Below, in pieces: positions 9,217 through 18,874 of a stretch of 64,000 nucleotides of DNA. Origin of the DNA: an uncultured Candidatus Saccharibacteria bacterium (GTDB lineage: Bacteria; Patescibacteriota; Doudnabacteria; UBA920); contig CAYYWQ010000001.1 in NCBI GenBank assembly GCA_964474825.1, positions 165,609-229,608 on the forward strand, given 5' to 3'. Both the position numbers and the translations under genes were made by a program. Under the pieces are notes generated by a model. That model was not told where the DNA came from. It saw nothing but the letters and a program-made list of their open reading frames with translations, and did no database searches. The first letter of the stretch is position 1, and every line of letters begins with the position of its first letter.

Positions 9217-10533
9217 CTAGTAAATCAGCGCTATAATAGTGGCCACGCCTATTAAAATCATAAATACTGTAACTATCCAGCCTAAAGCCTTGGCAACGGG
9301 TTTATTTATATGGTTTTCGCCCATAACTTTTTTGCTGGAGCTAAGTATGACTATTAAAACTAAAATTATTGGGGCGACAATCCCGTTTAGGACCGCGGCA
9401 TAAATTAAGCTTTTTATAGGGTCCATACCCACAAAGTTCATTACGAGGCCAAAAATCATGGAAACAATAATTACTCCATAAAAAGCGTGGGCCTGTTTGA
9501 ATTTGCGGTAAAGGCCTTCTTTCCAGCCCAGGGCTTCGGAAATAGCGTAGGAAGCGCTACCTGCCAGTACGGGAACCGAAAGCAGGCCAATCCCTACAAT
9601 CCCTAAAGTAAAGAGCAGAAAGGCGCTGTCGCCGGCCAAAGGGCGCAGGGCTGAAGCTGCCTGCTCCGCGGTTTTAATGTCTGTCATCCCGTTTGCAAAA
9701 AGCGTTGCCGCGCAGGTGACAATAATAAAGAACATGACCATGTTGGAAAAAAACATTCCTGACCAAACGTCTACCCGCATTTTTTTTATTTCCGCCGGGC
9801 TGGTTAATGCTTGCCTGGATTTAAGCGTAACTTTTCCTTGTAAAATTTCTTCTTCCACTTCCTGTGAGGTTTGCCAAAAAAATAAATAAGGCGAAATGGT
9901 CGTCCCTAAAATTCCGCAAACCAAGAAAATTTCTTCCTTGGAAAAAGTCATGTGGGGCCAAACCGTATTCGTTAAAATTTGTCCCCAATCCAAACGAATA
10001 GTCAGGGCAGTTAAAACGTAAGAAAATAAAACTAAAGAAAGCCATTTTAAATATTTGGCGTAACGCGCGTAAGGCGTGGCAATTTGCATCCACAGGCTAA
10101 AGCCGGTAAAAATAAAAATCAGTAAAGCGAAGTTGGCATCCGGCGCCAACAGCTGCGTGGCTTTGGCCATGGCGCCAAGGTCCGCCCCAATGTTAAAGCT
10201 GTTGGCAATAAATAAAAGGCCGGCGCAGCCGTAAAGCACCCAGCGCGGAAAGTGGCGTTTAATATTCCCGGCAAGGCCGCGGCCTGTAACCATGCCAATG
10301 CGCGCGCACATTTCCTGCACAACCGCCATTAAAGGAAAGGTTAAAAGGGCCAGCCAAAGAAAGTTAAAACCATATTGCGCCCCGGTCTGTGAATAAGTGG
10401 CAATACCAGAAGGGTCGTCGTCTGCCGCTCCGGTGGTTAACCCAGGCCCTAGCATATGCCAATAATTGCTGGCCTTCTTAAGGTCTTTTTTTGCTTCCTT
10501 TAGCGAATTTTGTTCAATTTTTTTGAAATTCAC
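9217..10533 (-). CDS. mntH: Nramp-family divalent metal (Mn2+/Fe2+) transporter
   Basis: GPGLTTGAADDDPSGIATYSQTGAQYG...MAVVQEMCARIGMVTG Nramp signature; multiple TM segments. Confidence 0.85.
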   Translation of the reverse strand: MNFKKIEQNSLKEAKKDLKKASNYWHMLGPGLTTGAADDDPSGIATYSQTGAQYGFNFLWLALLTFPLMAVVQEMCARIGMVTGRGLAGNIKRHFPRWVLYGCAGLLFIANSFNIGADLGAMAKATQLLAPDANFALLIFIFTGFSLWMQIATPYARYAKYLKWLSLVLFSYVLTALTIRLDWGQILTNTVWPHMTFSKEEIFLVCGILGTTISPYLFFWQTSQEVEEEILQGKVTLKSRQALTSPAEIKKMRVDVWSGMFFSNMVMFFIIVTCAATLFANGMTDIKTAEQAASALRPLAGDSAFLLFTLGIVGIGLLSVPVLAGSASYAISEALGWKEGLYRKFKQAHAFYGVIIVSMIFGLVMNFVGMDPIKSLIYAAVLNGIVAPIILVLIVILSSSKKVMGENHINKPVAKALGWIVTVFMILIGVATIIALIY

Positions 10534-10687
10534 GGCTTTTGTTTCAAGGGGTTATGTTTGCTTAATTTTACCATATTTTAGTTTACCCGCCTAAACTTTT
10601 CTTTTACCTATTAAAAGGGAGTGCTATTTATCATTTTGTTAATAAATAGACATTTTTATATATTAGGAAAAAGTTTTGGTGGGTGTA

Positions 10688-10717
10688 TTTGACACACCGT
10701 TATGGGCTTGCTATCTT
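10688..10717 (+). promoter_or_regulatory. Candidate promoter (TTGACA...) of the pyr operon leader
   Basis: TTGACA at 10688; -10-like TATCTT/TATATA about 17 nt downstream. Confidence 0.35.
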
Positions 10718-10770
10718 ATATAAGATAATCAAATGAAATACCCTAAAAATCGCTACAACTTTATATCGTG

Positions 10771-10808
10771 AACCCCAACCGTTTTACGGTCTGGGGTTAT
10801 TTTTTTAC
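10771..10808 (+). terminator. Leader intrinsic terminator/attenuator upstream of pyrC (aaccccaaccg-tttta-cggtctggggtt + T7)
   Basis: 11-bp stem followed by atttttttt, about 85 nt upstream of the pyrC ATG. Confidence 0.6.
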
Positions 10809-10893
10809 CCACCTTATCAATAATTATTATAGCGGGCAATCCGCCATAGTCAGCCCAGGCTGACGACGGCGGATGGGATAGATTTTTAGATAA

Positions 10894-12213
10894 ATGCTCA
10901 CCATTGAAGGAAATATAGTAAACATAGACGGAATAAATCGTGGCCGAATAGAAATAGGCGACAATGGTTTAATAACTTCGGTTGGCAAAGAAACAGGGAA
11001 TGCAGATGTTGTTTTAAAAGAAGAATTAATTTTTCCGGGGTTTATAGACGTTCATGTCCACGCGCGCGAATGTGTTGACCATAGCCAGGACTATAAAGAA
11101 GATTTTGCCACTGTTGGGGAGGCAGCCATAAACGGTGGCGTAGTGGCAATTGCCGATATGCCCAACAACCCTGTGGCGCCGGTAGATGAAAAAAGTTATG
11201 AGGAAAAATATCAGCTTACGAAAAAATGTCCGGTAGATGTTTTGTTATATGCTGGTATTGGTCCTAAAACCAATCCGTTTTCTGTGTCATTCCGAGCGAG
11301 TGCATCCGAGTCGAGGAATCCCTTAAATTTTGTTCATACTGATGACAAGGGATCCCTCCGCTCACCCTCAGATGCATTCGGGTTCGGTCGGGATGACAAG
11401 CGTCCAGTTCCTTACAAAGCTTTTATGGGAAAATCGGTGGGGGATTTGTTCTTTGAATCTTTCCAGCAGCTAGAAGAGGTTTTGGAAAAATACAGCGGCC
11501 AAAGCGTTAGTTTTCACTGCGAAGACCCTAAAGTGTTGGCGGAAAACCAAAATCAATCTTCACATGAAAAGCAACGTCCGCCACAGGCCGAAGTTTCAGC
11601 TGTGGATTTTGCGCTAAGAATGATTGAGAAATATAATTTGCAAGGAAAAATTTGCCATTGTTCAACTATGGAAGGGGTACAAAAAGTTATTGCGGCAAAA
11701 AAGCGCGGCCTACCAGTAACAGTAGAAGTTACGCCGCATCATTTGTACTTTAATGCAGAAGCCAAACTTCAAATGAATCCTCCACTGCGTAAGCAAGATG
11801 ATTGCTTAGCTTTGATTGAGGCTTTGAAAAAAGGGGAAATAGATTATTTAGCCACAGACCACGCGCCGCATACTATAGAAGAAAGAAATATAGGAATTTC
11901 AGGACTGCCGCATTTAGATACATATGGCCCGTTTGTGACATGGCTTATGACAGAACATAATTTTACTGCCCAAGATATTGCCAGGGTTTGTTCCCAAAAT
12001 CCCGGACAATTTCTAAATAAATTTATAAATGTAAAGTATGGTAAAGTAGAGGAAGGTTACGCAGGCAGCTTAACAGTAATAGACATGAAAAAGCCGGTTA
12101 AAATAGAAACCGCGATGCTAAAAACAAAGTGCGGTTGGTCGCCGTTTGAAGGAATTACGTTTCCGGGTAGTGTCGTAAAAACAATTATTAAAGGCAAGGT
12201 TTATGAACGGTAA
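10894..12213 (+). CDS. pyrC: Dihydroorotase, carrying an in-frame ~112-nt palindromic repeat insertion
   Basis: FPGFIDVHVHARE metal-binding motif; TDHAPH; first gene of the pyrC-carA-carB-pyrB cluster. Confidence 0.8.
   Translation: MLTIEGNIVNIDGINRGRIEIGDNGLITSVGKETGNADVVLKEELIFPGFIDVHVHARECVDHSQDYKEDFATVGEAAINGGVVAIADMPNNPVAPVDEKSYEEKYQLTKKCPVDVLLYAGIGPKTNPFSVSFRASASESRNPLNFVHTDDKGSLRSPSDAFGFGRDDKRPVPYKAFMGKSVGDLFFESFQQLEEVLEKYSGQSVSFHCEDPKVLAENQNQSSHEKQRPPQAEVSAVDFALRMIEKYNLQGKICHCSTMEGVQKVIAAKKRGLPVTVEVTPHHLYFNAEAKLQMNPPLRKQDDCLALIEALKKGEIDYLATDHAPHTIEERNIGISGLPHLDTYGPFVTWLMTEHNFTAQDIARVCSQNPGQFLNKFINVKYGKVEEGYAGSLTVIDMKKPVKIETAMLKTKCGWSPFEGITFPGSVVKTIIKGKVYER
11286..11397. repeat. Palindromic repeat element, family B (RPE-like), inserted in-frame within pyrC
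   Basis: gtcattccgagcgagtgcatccgag...ctcagatgcattcgg...gggatgac. Imperfect long inverted repeat. Homologous copies at 16477-16526 and 20516-20634. Confidence 0.75.
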
Positions 12214-13237
12214 ATTAGTATTAAAAGACGGTAGCGTTTACGAAGGAGCTTCTTTTGGTGCGGACAATTCTGCCTCCGGCGAGGTGGTTTTTGCCACAGG
12301 CATGGTTGGTTACCCCGAAGGCATAACAGACCCAAGTTTCCGTGGGCAAATTTTAGTAATGACCTATCCGCTTATTGGCAATTATGGCGTGCCTGACAAA
12401 AAGTTTTGGGAGTCTAGTAAAATGCAAATTAGCGGCCTTATTGTCTGTAATTATATAGACACGCCTTCGCACCATTCTTCTAGGCAAACATTGTCGCAAT
12501 GGTTAAAAAAGAGCGGTGTGCCGGCTTTGGAAATTAAAGATACTAGGGGGCTTACGCAGAAATTGCGGACGCATGGGGTAATGCTTGGTAAGGTGGCTTT
12601 TGGAAAAGATGATGGGGATTTTCAGGATCCAAATTTAAGAAATCTGGTGGCAGAAGTTTCCTGCAAAAAACCTTACACAATCGGTTCTGGAAAAAAATCA
12701 GTTGTGCTAATAGATTGCGGCGCTAAACTAAACATTGCCCGCAGTTTAGCAAAACGCGGACTTAAAGTAATTGTTGTGCCTTGGAATACCGACGTTACTA
12801 AGCTTAAGCAGAAAATTTCAGGCGTAGTTATTTCTAACGGTCCTGGCGACCCAACAATGGCGGATGCTACGATTGCTAATGTAAAAAAGATTTTGGCAAA
12901 GAAAATTCCGACTTTTGGTATTTGTTTAGGTAATCAAATTTTGGCTTTAGCTTCTGGCGGCACAACCTACAAATTAAAATTTGGGCATAGGGGACAAAAC
13001 CAACCCGCGGTTTTAGCCGGCACAAAAAAAGCAATTCTGACAACCCAGAACCACGGTTTTGCCGTAGGTAAAATCCCCAAAGGTTTTAAACAATGGTTTT
13101 ATAACGCTAACGACAAGACCAACGAAGGTATAATCCATAAAACTTTGCCTTTTATGTCCGTGCAGTTCCACCCAGAAGCCACGCCGGGACCAACGGACGC
13201 TGACTGGCTGTTTGATTATTTCTTAGAAAAAATATGA
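12203..13237 (+). CDS. carA: Carbamoyl-phosphate synthase small (glutamine amidotransferase) subunit
   Basis: GICLGNQILALASGG...HGFAV triad region; N-terminus VYEGASFGA...GEVVFATGMVGYPEGITDPSFRGQILV. Confidence 0.9.
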   Translation: MNGKLVLKDGSVYEGASFGADNSASGEVVFATGMVGYPEGITDPSFRGQILVMTYPLIGNYGVPDKKFWESSKMQISGLIVCNYIDTPSHHSSRQTLSQWLKKSGVPALEIKDTRGLTQKLRTHGVMLGKVAFGKDDGDFQDPNLRNLVAEVSCKKPYTIGSGKKSVVLIDCGAKLNIARSLAKRGLKVIVVPWNTDVTKLKQKISGVVISNGPGDPTMADATIANVKKILAKKIPTFGICLGNQILALASGGTTYKLKFGHRGQNQPAVLAGTKKAILTTQNHGFAVGKIPKGFKQWFYNANDKTNEGIIHKTLPFMSVQFHPEATPGPTDADWLFDYFLEKI

Positions 13238-16200
13238 AAAAATTTAAGAAAATTTTAATACTAGGAAGCGGCGCGCTTAAAATTGGCGAGGCCGGGGAGT
13301 TTGATTATAGCGGCTCGCAAGCTATTAAAGCTTTAAAGGAAGAAGGAATAAAGTCGGTTTTAATAAACCCGAACATAGCGACCATTCAGACTTCCAAACT
13401 GCTTGCTGACGAAGTTTATTTTTTGCCGGTTAACCATTACTTTGTGGAAAAGGTTATTGCTAAAGAAAAGCCGGACGGTATAATGCTTTCTTTTGGCGGG
13501 CAGACTGCGCTTAACTGTGGTTTGGCTTTGCAAAAAAGCGGCACGCTAAAAAAATACGGGGTAAAAGTTTTGGGCAGCCCGGTTAAAAGCATTGAACTTA
13601 CGGAAGACAGGCAATTGTTTGCCGACCATTTGCGCGCCTTAAATATTCCTGTGCCGCCAAGCGGCACGGCAGAAACCTATGACCAGGCTTTAAAAATTGT
13701 TAAAAAAATTAGTTTTCCAGTAATGGTACGCGCGGCTTATGCCTTGGGTGGGCAAAAGAGTGGCGTTGCCCGAAACCTCCGTGAATTAAAAGAAATTGTG
13801 GAAGGCGCTCTGGCTATATCTTCCCAAGTCTTAATAGAAAAATATTTACACCATTTTAAAGAATTAGAATACGAAGTCGTGCGCGATCAATTTGATAATA
13901 CTGTTACGGTTTGTAACATGGAAAATTTGGATCCGCTGGGAATCCATACCGGTGACAGCATTGTTGTGGCGCCAAGTCAGACTTTAACTAACACGGAATA
14001 TCATGGCCTTAGGGAGGCTAGTATTAAAATTGTAAAATCTTTAGGAATAGTAGGCGAGTGTAATGTGCAGTACGCGCTTAATCCAAAACCCAAAAGAGGG
14101 GAAATGGATTACTATGTTATTGAAGTCAATGCTCGTTTGTCCCGTTCATCTGCCTTGGCTTCTAAAGCAACTGGATATCCCCTTGCCTATGTTGCGGCAA
14201 AATTAGCCCTCGGTAAAAGTCTTTTAGAAGTTAAAAATAAAATTACCCAGGTTACCCAAAGCTTTTTTGAACCGGCGCTGGATTATTGCGTAGTCAAAAT
14301 CCCCCGCTGGGACTTGGAAAAATTCAAAGGGGCGGAAGAAAAAATTGGCTCGGCTATGAAATCCGTAGGCGAAGTTATGGCCATTGGCCGGAGTTTTGAA
14401 GAAGCCCTTCAAAAAGCTGTGCGCATGCAAAGCGGTCAAACCGAAAGCGTGACTGACAACGGCTTTAAAGACAAAACTGAGTTGGATCATTTTTTGTCTG
14501 TTCCGACTCCCAAACGTTTGTTTGCTGTTGCCCAAAGCTTAATGCACGGTATGACTGTTGCAAAAGTTCATAGTAAGACAGGCATTGACCCGTGGTTTTT
14601 ATACCGTTTGCAAAATATTGCAAACGCTCAAAAAGGATTATCTAAAAGTTCTGATTTAGATAAGCTGACACTCACACAATTAAAACAATTAGGTTTTTCG
14701 GACAAAAAAATTGCCCAGGTTTGCGGCAAGAAAGAATTAGATATTCGTGAGCTGCGCAAGAAGTTCAATATCCGCCCCTCAGTATTTCAAATAGATACTT
14801 TAGCAGGCGAAGTCCCGGCCAAAACTAATTATTTGTATTTAACATATCATGGTAATCATGACGACGTAGAGTCATTAGGAAAAAATGCAGTGCTGGTTTT
14901 AGGCAGCGGCCCATACCATATTGGCAGCAGCGTTGAATTTGATTGGTCTTGCGTGCACGCGGCTATGGCACTTAAGCGCCACAAAAAACAATCTATCATA
15001 ATTAATTGTAACCCGGAAACAGTGTCAACCGATTACGACATGTCTGACAGGTTGTATTTTGAAAATTTGTCATTTGAAACCGTTGCTGACATTTACGAAT
15101 TTGAGCATCCGGAAGGGGTTGTTATTTCCGTGGGCGGACAGAGGCCAAATAATTTGGCGGGCAAGCTTTCCAAGGCAGGTTTTAAAATTTTAGGAACGTC
15201 CGCGGCCAACATTGACCGCGCAGAAGACCGGAACAAGTTTTCTGCTTTGTTAGATAAATTAAATATTCTACAGGCCGAATGGCAAAGCTTTTCTACAATT
15301 TCCGATGCAGAGAAATTCGCGGACAAAGTTGGTTTTCCTGTGTTAGTGCGTCCTTCTTACGTTTTGTCCGGCAGTGCCATGAGTGTTTGCTACAACAAAC
15401 AGCAATTGGAAGACTTTGTCAGTAAGGCTGCCATACTTAGTCCCGAATATCCGGTAACAATTTCCAAATATATAGAGAACGCCAAAGAACTGGAATTTGA
15501 CGCTGTGGCCCAAAACGGCCAGGTGGTAATTTACGCCATAAGCGAGCACGTGGAAAACGCCGGCGTGCATAGCGGCGACGCGACTATTGTTTATCCCACC
15601 CAGCGCGTTTACGCTTCCACAGAACAGCAGTTAAAAATAATTGCCAAACAACTGGCTAAAGAACTTAAAGTTACAGGGCCATTTAACATCCAATTTTTGG
15701 TAAAAGACAACCGCCCATATGTAATTGAAGTTAATTTGCGCGCCAGCAGGACTTTCCCGCTTTTAAGTAAAGCCTTGGACAAGAACTTTCCGGAACTTGC
15801 GGTAGACAGTTTTTTTGGCAAAGCACCAACAGACGTTTACGAACGCCCGGCCGCTGTGGTTGTAAAGTCCCCGCAATTTTCTTTTGCCCGCCTTTCCGGA
15901 GCAGACCCCGTCCTTCGGGTAGAAATGGCCTCTACAGGAGAAGTGGCGTGTTTTGGAAAGACTTATGACGAAGCTTTGCTTAAATCTATTATGTCTGCCA
16001 ATAGCTTTGATTTTAATAAAAAGGCTGTGCTGCTGTCTTTAGGTGGAGAATTAAATAAGGCTAAGTTTTTGGAACAGGCAGGGGATTTATTTACCTTAGG
16101 CTATAAAATTTTCGCCACAGACACTACCGCAGAGTACTTAAAAAAGCAGGGGATGGAATGTCATACAGTCAGGAAAGCGCACGAAAAGTCCCAGGGCCAT

Positions 16201-16452
16201 GACAATTTTTTGGATATTGTTGAAGGCAAGCAGGTGGCCTTTGTGGTAAACTTAAGCCAACCAAGCAGCCGGCTTAGGGATGAGCGCGTTAAGCGGCAAT
16301 TAAGCGACGGCTTCCGCATACGCCGCGCCACTGTAGACAACCAAATTCCTTTGTTTACAGACCTGCACTTAGCCAGAGCTTTTGTAAAAGCCTTAAAGAA
16401 CTACGAAATGGGGGACTTAGAAATAAAAAGCTACAAACAATATTTAAAATGA
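13234..16452 (+). CDS. carB: Carbamoyl-phosphate synthase large subunit
   Basis: ILILGSGALKIGEAGEFDYSGSQA...; duplicated ATP-grasp halves; 1072 aa. Confidence 0.9.
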   Translation: MKKFKKILILGSGALKIGEAGEFDYSGSQAIKALKEEGIKSVLINPNIATIQTSKLLADEVYFLPVNHYFVEKVIAKEKPDGIMLSFGGQTALNCGLALQKSGTLKKYGVKVLGSPVKSIELTEDRQLFADHLRALNIPVPPSGTAETYDQALKIVKKISFPVMVRAAYALGGQKSGVARNLRELKEIVEGALAISSQVLIEKYLHHFKELEYEVVRDQFDNTVTVCNMENLDPLGIHTGDSIVVAPSQTLTNTEYHGLREASIKIVKSLGIVGECNVQYALNPKPKRGEMDYYVIEVNARLSRSSALASKATGYPLAYVAAKLALGKSLLEVKNKITQVTQSFFEPALDYCVVKIPRWDLEKFKGAEEKIGSAMKSVGEVMAIGRSFEEALQKAVRMQSGQTESVTDNGFKDKTELDHFLSVPTPKRLFAVAQSLMHGMTVAKVHSKTGIDPWFLYRLQNIANAQKGLSKSSDLDKLTLTQLKQLGFSDKKIAQVCGKKELDIRELRKKFNIRPSVFQIDTLAGEVPAKTNYLYLTYHGNHDDVESLGKNAVLVLGSGPYHIGSSVEFDWSCVHAAMALKRHKKQSIIINCNPETVSTDYDMSDRLYFENLSFETVADIYEFEHPEGVVISVGGQRPNNLAGKLSKAGFKILGTSAANIDRAEDRNKFSALLDKLNILQAEWQSFSTISDAEKFADKVGFPVLVRPSYVLSGSAMSVCYNKQQLEDFVSKAAILSPEYPVTISKYIENAKELEFDAVAQNGQVVIYAISEHVENAGVHSGDATIVYPTQRVYASTEQQLKIIAKQLAKELKVTGPFNIQFLVKDNRPYVIEVNLRASRTFPLLSKALDKNFPELAVDSFFGKAPTDVYERPAAVVVKSPQFSFARLSGADPVLRVEMASTGEVACFGKTYDEALLKSIMSANSFDFNKKAVLLSLGGELNKAKFLEQAGDLFTLGYKIFATDTTAEYLKKQGMECHTVRKAHEKSQGHDNFLDIVEGKQVAFVVNLSQPSSRLRDERVKRQLSDGFRIRRATVDNQIPLFTDLHLARAFVKALKNYEMGDLEIKSYKQYLK

Positions 16453-16476
16453 CAAACATTAATTTATAATTTAGTT

Positions 16477-16526
16477 GTCATCCCGACCGACGAGTGCATC
16501 CGAGGAGCGGAGGGATCCCTTAAACT
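16477..16526. repeat. Family B palindromic repeat, short copy abutting the pyrB start codon
   Basis: gtcatcccgaccgacgagtgcatccgaggagcggagggatccctt matches the arms of the 11286-11397 element. Confidence 0.65.
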
Positions 16527-16529
16527 TAT

Positions 16530-17435
16530 ATGAAAAATTTAATTAGCGTAAGCCAGTTAAAAAAAGCCGATGTCCAAAGAATATTGGCTTTGGCGGAAAA
16601 AATAGAGAAATCAAAAAAACAGAACAAAGTCAGAGAAAGTTTAAAGAATAAAGTTGTTGCCTGTTTGTTTTTTGAACCCAGCACCCGGACAAGGCTTTCC
16701 TTTGAAACTGCGGCTTTACGTTTGGGCGCCAGGGTTGTCAGTATGGAAAACGGCAGCGAATCTTCGTCGGCTTTTAAAGGGGAATCTATAACAGACACCA
16801 TTAAAATAGTTAATGGCTACGCGGATTTTATTGTTATGAGGCACCCAAAAGACGGCTCCGCGGAAATTGCGGCCAAAGCCGCTAAAGTGCCATTTATAAA
16901 TGCAGGAGACGGCGGTAATCAGCATCCTACCCAGGCGCTTTTGGACGCCTATACTATTTGGAAAAAGTTCAAAAGACTTTCCAATTTACGTTTAGCTTTT
17001 GGGTTTGACCCTAAGCATTCCCGGACAATTAAATCACTTTGCCAAATTCTTTCGCTTTACGACAATAACAGTTTTACTTTTATTTGCCCAAAACAGCTGG
17101 ACCCGCCCAAGGAATTTTTGGACAAATTAAAAAAAAGCGGCGTTCAATACAAAATTGAACGCGACCTGGAAAAAGTTTTAGACAGTGATATTTTGTATTT
17201 AAACCGTTTGCAGGGCGAGCGTTTTGCCAGTAAAAAAGAGTTTGAGCAGCTAAGGCATAAATACACCTTAAGGGCCGCTATGCTCAAAGGCAAAAAATCT
17301 TTAATAATGAACCCCTTGCCTCGAATAGACGAAATGGAAGAAAAGGTTGACGACCTGCCCAACGCAATTTATTTTGAACAGGCCCATAACGGGCTTTACG
17401 TTCGCATGGCCTTGCTTCAAATGTTGTCTGAGTAA
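16530..17435 (+). CDS. pyrB: Aspartate carbamoyltransferase catalytic subunit
   Basis: STRTRLSFETAALRLGA and HPTQALLD motifs. Confidence 0.9.
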   Translation: MKNLISVSQLKKADVQRILALAEKIEKSKKQNKVRESLKNKVVACLFFEPSTRTRLSFETAALRLGARVVSMENGSESSSAFKGESITDTIKIVNGYADFIVMRHPKDGSAEIAAKAAKVPFINAGDGGNQHPTQALLDAYTIWKKFKRLSNLRLAFGFDPKHSRTIKSLCQILSLYDNNSFTFICPKQLDPPKEFLDKLKKSGVQYKIERDLEKVLDSDILYLNRLQGERFASKKEFEQLRHKYTLRAAMLKGKKSLIMNPLPRIDEMEEKVDDLPNAIYFEQAHNGLYVRMALLQMLSE

Positions 17436-17444
17436 GATGTTTAC

Positions 17445-18158
17445 TTAATTAATGTCACTGTAAACAGTGACATTTTTTATTTCGTGCCAGGCCGCGGCCG
17501 GCAGTTTAGCGAAAGATGTTTTGTTAACCAAAACAGCATCTAACTTTTCTTTTTTCTCCGGGCCGCAGACAAAACCAATGCCTTCGTCTATCAGCTTAAA
17601 AAAAGTTACAGTTGTTGTTATTCTTTGCGGATATTGGTTTTTTCCTGTAGCCTCGTAGGCAACTGTCCAGGCTTCGGACTCAAATAAATCGGCAAACTTT
17701 TTTTCATCATCAGTATATGGGAATATGCCGGCAGTGTGTCCGTCGGCGCCCATTCCTAGTGTTGCAATTATTATCCCATCAGTATTATCTTCCCGCCATT
17801 TTTTTAAGCGCCCTTCCCAACGCTCTCTAACAGTTTCAATTGTATCTTCTGGCCTGGGCAAGGTGCCAATAAAAGCGCATTCCATTTCCAGGGCGTCTTT
17901 GTAAAAGTCAGTTTTTTGGAATTGGGAAAAATTATTCACTTTGGCGTCTTGGCTGAAACGGTCGTCCAGCATGCCAACGGTTAAATGTTCACTTAAACTG
18001 GTTTTGCCCGCGTACTCCAAAATAGGCAAAGCTGAGCCTGAGGAAAGCAGAAGTAAAACTGGCCGGTCTTTGTTTGAAGCCAGTAGCTTGTTTAGTGCCT
18101 CGCCGGCAGCTGCTGCCACGGCTTCTATATTTGGTTCTTTAATGACCTGAAAACTCAT
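17445..18158 (-). CDS. pgl: 6-phosphogluconolactonase-like (NagB/Pgl sugar-phosphate isomerase family)
   Basis: GMGADGHTAGIFP motif. Confidence 0.65.
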   Translation of the reverse strand: MSFQVIKEPNIEAVAAAAGEALNKLLASNKDRPVLLLLSSGSALPILEYAGKTSLSEHLTVGMLDDRFSQDAKVNNFSQFQKTDFYKDALEMECAFIGTLPRPEDTIETVRERWEGRLKKWREDNTDGIIIATLGMGADGHTAGIFPYTDDEKKFADLFESEAWTVAYEATGKNQYPQRITTTVTFFKLIDEGIGFVCGPEKKEKLDAVLVNKTSFAKLPAAAWHEIKNVTVYSDIN

Positions 18159-18163
18159 TTATT

Positions 18164-18841
18164 TTAAGATTTTATTGCAAATGGATTAAAGTCAGTCTTG
18201 CTGTCGTAATAGTCCTCGCTCTCAGCGCGTTTTAAAAAGTTTATAACAGCGTAAGTTAAAGGCGTGGCCGCTATTTCAAACAAGACTTTAAAAACATAAA
18301 TTGTTCCAACTAAGTTTAGTAGAGCGTCAAAAGGCATTGTACCGTAAAAGGCAATAAGCGAAAAAGTAATCGAATCTATACCTTCGCCAGCAATTGTTGA
18401 GCCAATGGTTCGCATCCACAAATCTTTTCCGCCGCTCCAAATTTTCATTTTTGCCAAAACAAAAGAGTTTAAAAATTCACCGGCCCAATAGGCGCAAATG
18501 CTGGCAAAAATAATCCGTGGCACAAACCCAATAATTTGCTCATAAGCGGCCTGGCCGGTCCAATCGGGTGCCGCAGGCAAATACTGTACAACCGCGAAAG
18601 TCGCGCCTGTTAAGACTAAAGCCCCAAAGCCTACCCAAATTGCGCGCCTGGCTCTTTTGTAGCCATAAACTTCCGTTAAAATGTCCCCAAAAATATAGGC
18701 AAGGGGAAACAGCACTGTGCCGCCGTCAAAATTAAAACCCCAGACTTGTGAAATTTTTGCCGAAGCAACATTGGAAATAATTAGCACTGCTACGAAAAAA
18801 GCAAGAATAATGTCAAAGTACCTATAGGTTTTTTGGTCCAT
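18164..18841 (-). CDS. YhhQ/DUF165-family membrane protein (putative queuosine-precursor transporter)
   Basis: Polytopic; the YGYKRARRAIWVGFGALV region resembles the YhhQ family. Confidence 0.5.
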   Translation of the reverse strand: MDQKTYRYFDIILAFFVAVLIISNVASAKISQVWGFNFDGGTVLFPLAYIFGDILTEVYGYKRARRAIWVGFGALVLTGATFAVVQYLPAAPDWTGQAAYEQIIGFVPRIIFASICAYWAGEFLNSFVLAKMKIWSGGKDLWMRTIGSTIAGEGIDSITFSLIAFYGTMPFDALLNLVGTIYVFKVLFEIAATPLTYAVINFLKRAESEDYYDSKTDFNPFAIKS

Positions 18842-18874
18842 ATTTATTAGCCGTCGTGCGACTTAATTTATTAA

